A stretch of 64,000 bases of DNA, taken from Perkinsus chesapeaki ATCC PRA-425 (lineage: Eukaryota; Protista; Perkinsozoa). The position numbers and the translations under genes were made by a program. Of the stretch, positions 59,901-64,000 are shown in pieces. Position 1 is the stretch's first letter; each line of letters starts with the position of its first letter. The DNA lies in NCBI GenBank assembly GCA_013115145.1, contig JAAPAO010000088.1, positions 1-64,000 of the forward strand, read 5' to 3'. The notes beneath the pieces were generated by a model. That model was not told where the DNA came from and made no database searches. It worked only from the letters and a program-made list of their open reading frames with translations.

Positions 59901-62190
59901 CTGCTGTGGTGTGCGTTGGTAAGCCTAATGAAGAGTATCTTAAGTACGTGAAGGACATAGTGAAAGATGAGATATTCGCGGAGAAGGAGCTGGTGAGGGA
60001 AAGGAAGCTGAATGTCATGAAGCAGGAGTTCAATATAAGGCAGGCGGAAAGGGAAAGGCTTAAAAAAGGTAGGGTGTGGGAATCGAACCTGCGTGGAGAA
60101 ATTGACTGATTAGTGCGTGAGGCTGCGAAGGCGGCTGAGAAGGCCCGAGTAGAGGCTGCGGAGGAGGCTAGAAGGAAGAGGGAGGAAGCTGCGAAGGCAG
60201 AGGGGAAGGAGGAAGGGGAAGAGGCGTCGACTGAGGAGGATCAGAAAATGCCAGAGACTACTGAAGAAACGGAGGTACTGGGGGTTGAACCGGGGACCTA
60301 TCCAGAGGAGGCCAAGAACCGTTCCTGAGCGAAGTGGGGAGTTCAAACCGGTTATACGACGTGAATGGCTTTTGGATGGGTAGCTCCAGAGCTGTGGTTG
60401 ATGTGGTTATTTTCATGAAGGGTAGCCAACTGGAGGGCTACTAGGTGGCCGTCATTGCTGTCGTTGGCGCGGAGATAGTAGCAAGTGGTTTAAAGTATTC
60501 TTGGAGTAGCTCGTGAGGGAGTGAGGTCGTTAAGGTGCCTTTGTGTGCTCAGGAAGCCGCTCAGGGAGAGAAGAAGAAAGAGGCTGAAGAGAAAAAGGAG
60601 GAAGAGGTCGAAGAGGAGGAAGAGCCCGAGCCTACTTTGCCTCCTACGGAAGTTACGGATGAGGAGATCAATCAGAGAATGTAGTTGAAGAGATGAAGGC
60701 AAAGGATTCTAGCATAGTTGGGGCTTTCAGGTCGAATGGGATGTATAGGAAGATGCCCTTTAGTGACATAAGCCACAGGGCGCTCTCTGAATGCTATCTA
60801 AACTTCACGTTGCCGAAGGATGCGGAGAAAACTCCTAAGGGATTGAAGGCTTTCGATAAGGTTAAGTTCGTGTGGGAAAAAAGAGCTGCGGCTGAGAAGT
60901 AGGTAATTTCGTGGGGCAGTGAAAAAGTTTTCACTTCAGGAAGCTGCAAGGGTGGGTCAAGGGCCACAAAGTCGTTGAGAAGGTCGCTAGTATAACTGGA
61001 CCGACCGACTGGTTTAAGCAGCAAATGGAGGCTTGGATGAACACTAAGCTCGAGTGGCGGAAGGCGCAGAGGATCTATCAGGAGGAACAAGCCAAGGAGA
61101 AGGTTAAGAAGACAGAGGAGGAGAAGGAAACTAAGGAGGAGACCGAAGGTGATTTGGGGAAAAATCGGTATGAGAAATCACTGCTATTAGATGAGAAAAT
61201 GCCGGAGAAGACCGAGGAGGAAAGCTTTGCCGAAGTGGACGTTTGGGCACCTGAGAACGTATGCGATGTGGACGGCAAGAAGACGCCATTATTCTCGAAG
61301 TTCCAGCTGGTCGATTGGCAGCTGATGAATCTTCGCTATGAGCTCCATCTCCTCTGCCACGCATTTGAGCGCGACGCTACCTCCCAGGACGCGGACCTGA
61401 AGGGCATACATAAAACACTGTTGCAGCATTATTATCAGACGTATGTGATGAGGGGGGTGCTGGTACCGTCTCTATATGGAGCTCACAGCCTGGAGCAAAT
61501 CTTGGACAGTCTACTGGTGGATAGTATTATGGTTGACCAGAATGGGGTATTGAAGGCGGTTCACGATATTGACGCTCCTTTGTCTACTTTTGTGCGGTTG
61601 ACGGAAGCGGCGAGGAGGGAAAGGGAGGCAAAGGTCGCTGGTGGTGACGAGAGCGCGAAGCTGACGGTTATTCAGCCAGTAGCGTCACATTATGGGAAGG
61701 GAGGAGCTAGACGGTCGGACTACTCTAGAGGAGGAGGAAGCTACCAAAGCTATCAGCAGCATAGCGGGCCTTATCACCAAAGATGTAGTTAGGGTTGAAG
61801 GCTTTTGTTGTGGTGATGGTTTACGTCAGATAATCCGGCTTCGAGTAGAGGGTCTGGTGGAGGCCAATACCAGAGAGGGTGAGTTATGGAGGGATGTGAC
61901 TTTCTGACACCTCTAGCTGTTAAGGTATCAATCGAGCGGTAAGGGATATGCTAGTGGAGGGCCTCAGCAACAGCCACAATACCACACGTGAGGGGGGCGT
62001 GGGGTGAGGGATTGAGGGAAGGTGGTGTTTCAGGTACAAACGGCCATATGACAGCGCGCCCTATGATCAATCTAAGAGGCAAAAAGGAGGTAGTGCATGG
62101 GCAGGTTTCACGCGCCACGAAATTGGTGTTGCAGGCGGAGCACCTTACTATCCTGGTGGTGGCGGCAAGGGGTACAGTAGACAGTATTAA
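56910..62190 (+). CDS. hnRNP-U-like protein, paralog D; start uncertain
   Basis: Colinear exons with paralog C (CEFGTFDSTLDT, SNDRPDF, ENVCDVDGKKTPLFSKFQLVDWQLMNLRYELHLL, FVRLTEAARREREAKVAGGD); G/Y-rich tail ending GGGGKGYSRQY*. Confidence 0.75.
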
Positions 62191-62590
62191 AAGGTCGATA
62201 CTGATTTAAGGTGTAGGGCTACCTTAGATAAAGAATATTACGATTCTCATAGCATTTGGATTGCGTTGGTAGGGGCTAGACTGTGATGGAGGAGAGGGCC
62301 CCGTATCTTTTTTAGTGGGTCTTTGTGTACCATTTGCTACCTTGACAAGATAGGTCCTCTCAGGCGAATCTATTTCCTTGGGCAGCTCTCGACATTTTTC
62401 GTACAGTGTAGCGAATCTCAGGGGGATATTTGGGAGGTCATTGGCAGTAGTAGTTTGATAGACTGCGAAGTAAGCTCATTGCTTTAGTTATTTTATATTT
62501 AGCATAGTAATTGGATAGATAAAGCGGTCACTAAGCAAGGGCGCAGCTTGTTGGTCGGTGTATTGCTAAGGTTATAGTTATTTGTTAAAA

Positions 62591-63405
62591 ATGGTACAGC
62601 TATCACCAGCACCTCCGCCCCCTAGAGGGGAGATATCGCCAACTGAAAGTGAACGAGAGGAGACAGCATTACCGCATCACGAAGAGGAGCTCTTGGACTT
62701 GCGAAAGGAGGTTATGCTGTCTATTGAGAAGCTATGTAATAGGGATTGCTCAGAGAGGGAGAGGTTGGGGCGGTCGGTCTTCCTGAACTGAGAATTCTCT
62801 AGCGTGACGGTTGCAGGAAGTGCATTTTTCAATGCTGAGGGATGTAATAATGATTATTAAATAATCGGCCGTAATTTCGGGGAATTTTCTCCAAAGCTTG
62901 CGAACAGTCAGCCAGATGTATATATTTTAAAGCTTAGACGAGTCGAATGATGCGATGGCAGAGGAGATCCGATCCGCGCCGGAGAGCAATTTAACGGAGG
63001 CAAGAGAACTGTAATACTGGTGGTGGGGAAACGAATCTCGTGGAAATGTTATCGGGTAGACGAAGAAATGTTGAGGGTTCGGGTTGTGGAGGGTGCTCTA
63101 CAATGCAGGGTGTCAATCGGTGAGGGGAAATAGGTAGCTGGTGAATGGAGAGCGTTGAAGAGCACCAGTGGTGGCGACTCTCCAGCATTAGGTGTATTAT
63201 GAGTGGCATGAGTTGTGGTAGGTATTCCTATATCGAGGAGAATATGGACGTGCTCGAGAGGAAGTTCCGAAAGCTTCGAGCAATCAATAGGAAATTGGGC
63301 CTTCCAGAGGAGGACGGTTGTTGTGGACAACCGAGAATGAAGTTACCTATAGGACCTAAAGATCATAGAATAGACGAGGAGGGGGAAAAGGGCATTTATC
63401 TTTGA
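62591..63405 (+). CDS. Hypothetical multi-exon protein, partly coiled-coil
   Basis: Exon-like frames EEELLDLRKEVMLSIEKL and YSYIEENMDVLERKFRKLRAINRKLG bounded by GT/AG; not recognised. Confidence 0.45.
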
Positions 63406-63660
63406 AAACATAGTGTTGAGTTGGGGGAGAGGAGTTGGTCCAACCGCAGTGTTACTGTAGTAGGGGAATGAAATATTTCATATGGTGCTGAGATATAATA
63501 GGGATCCTCTATTAGAGTATATTACTGGTCGATTGTGTGCGTTGGTCTGGGAACATTTGGAGCATCGAACTTTCGCCAATTCGATCGCCGCTGTAGCTAC
63601 TAAAATGAAGAGCGCTTGACGCCTCGCTCATAATGTGCCTATTCCAGTTTTTAATCATTG

Positions 63661-64000
63661 ATGGTATTGGCGATAACTCCACTAGGAGGGCGGCGATGTC
63701 CGACTGTTGTGGCGGTGGTGCCATGCCGGTGTTGCTCGACGTTGGTGCAGCGAGTGCCCGACGGTCGGCTGCTGTTCACATGGGAGGGAAAAAGAGATGG
63801 AAGCAAGCTGCGGAAGGCGGAGATATTAGTGGCTCTATCGGAGGATAAGATCGGCGGGCTTTCTAATGAGGAGCTGAAGCAATATGTGTTGGCCGCGGTG
63901 AAGGGTCGAGGGGACTTCGATCGAGCCAGCCGCCTGTGGTCGACCGTTCGAGACGAGATTTTGCGGCGCGTGACGGATTTGCATCCGGCTGATTTAACGG
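63661..64000 (+). CDS. Partial ORF running off the window end; possible organelle-targeted helical-repeat (RAP/HPR-like) protein
   Basis: Open frame from ATG 63661: an Arg/Cys-rich N-terminus without acidic residues, then ..LWSTVRDEILRRVTDLHPADLT. The family call is inference. Confidence 0.45.
   Translation, partial: MVLAITPLGGRRCPTVVAVVPCRCCSTLVQRVPDGRLLFTWEGKRDGSKLRKAEILVALSEDKIGGLSNEELKQYVLAAVKGRGDFDRASRLWSTVRDEILRRVTDLHPADLT

Noticed and set aside
1-64000. rRNA, snRNA, autonomous transposon or viral genes
   Set aside because: No recognisable rRNA or snRNA sequence, and no reverse transcriptase, transposase, integrase or capsid motifs in the ORF track.

Overview
Eukaryotic, intron-rich protist DNA. 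The best inference is Perkinsus (Perkinsozoa, Alveolata), based on dense ~40-55 nt GT-AG introns and a myzozoan-type hnRNP-U-like gene pair; I could not run a database search. About 25 protein genes or gene models are present: two paralogous double zinc-finger genes flanking an intronless METTL22-like methyltransferase; an array of four intronless type-II membrane proteins, one with an in-frame TAG; a SAP-domain gene; RanBP1; a phosducin-like/TXNDC9 gene; a TPR gene; an FMN-dependent alpha-hydroxy-acid dehydrogenase; two Luc7 paralogs; a cyclin-Y-like gene; coatomer beta; a dual-specificity phosphatase; two hnRNP-U-like SPRY paralogs; and several hypotheticals. There is one intact tRNA-Ser(AGA) and many intronic minisatellites. 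The most striking unexplained structure is in the introns: many short introns in unrelated genes carry one of a few recurring modules. (A) tRNA-gene remnants: B-box/T-arm plus oligo-T, sometimes with the A-box too, at 13 sites in both orientations; the oligo-T typically serves as the pyrimidine tract of the 3' splice site. (B) GCGCCACGAAA, 8 exact copies. (C) GCGGAGCGAAG, 12 exact copies, often fused to the donor. (D) TGCGCATGCGTGC. The intact tRNA-Ser itself appears to sit antisense in an intron in the same geometry as the remnants. Exon boundaries were inferred by eye and are approximate where stated.
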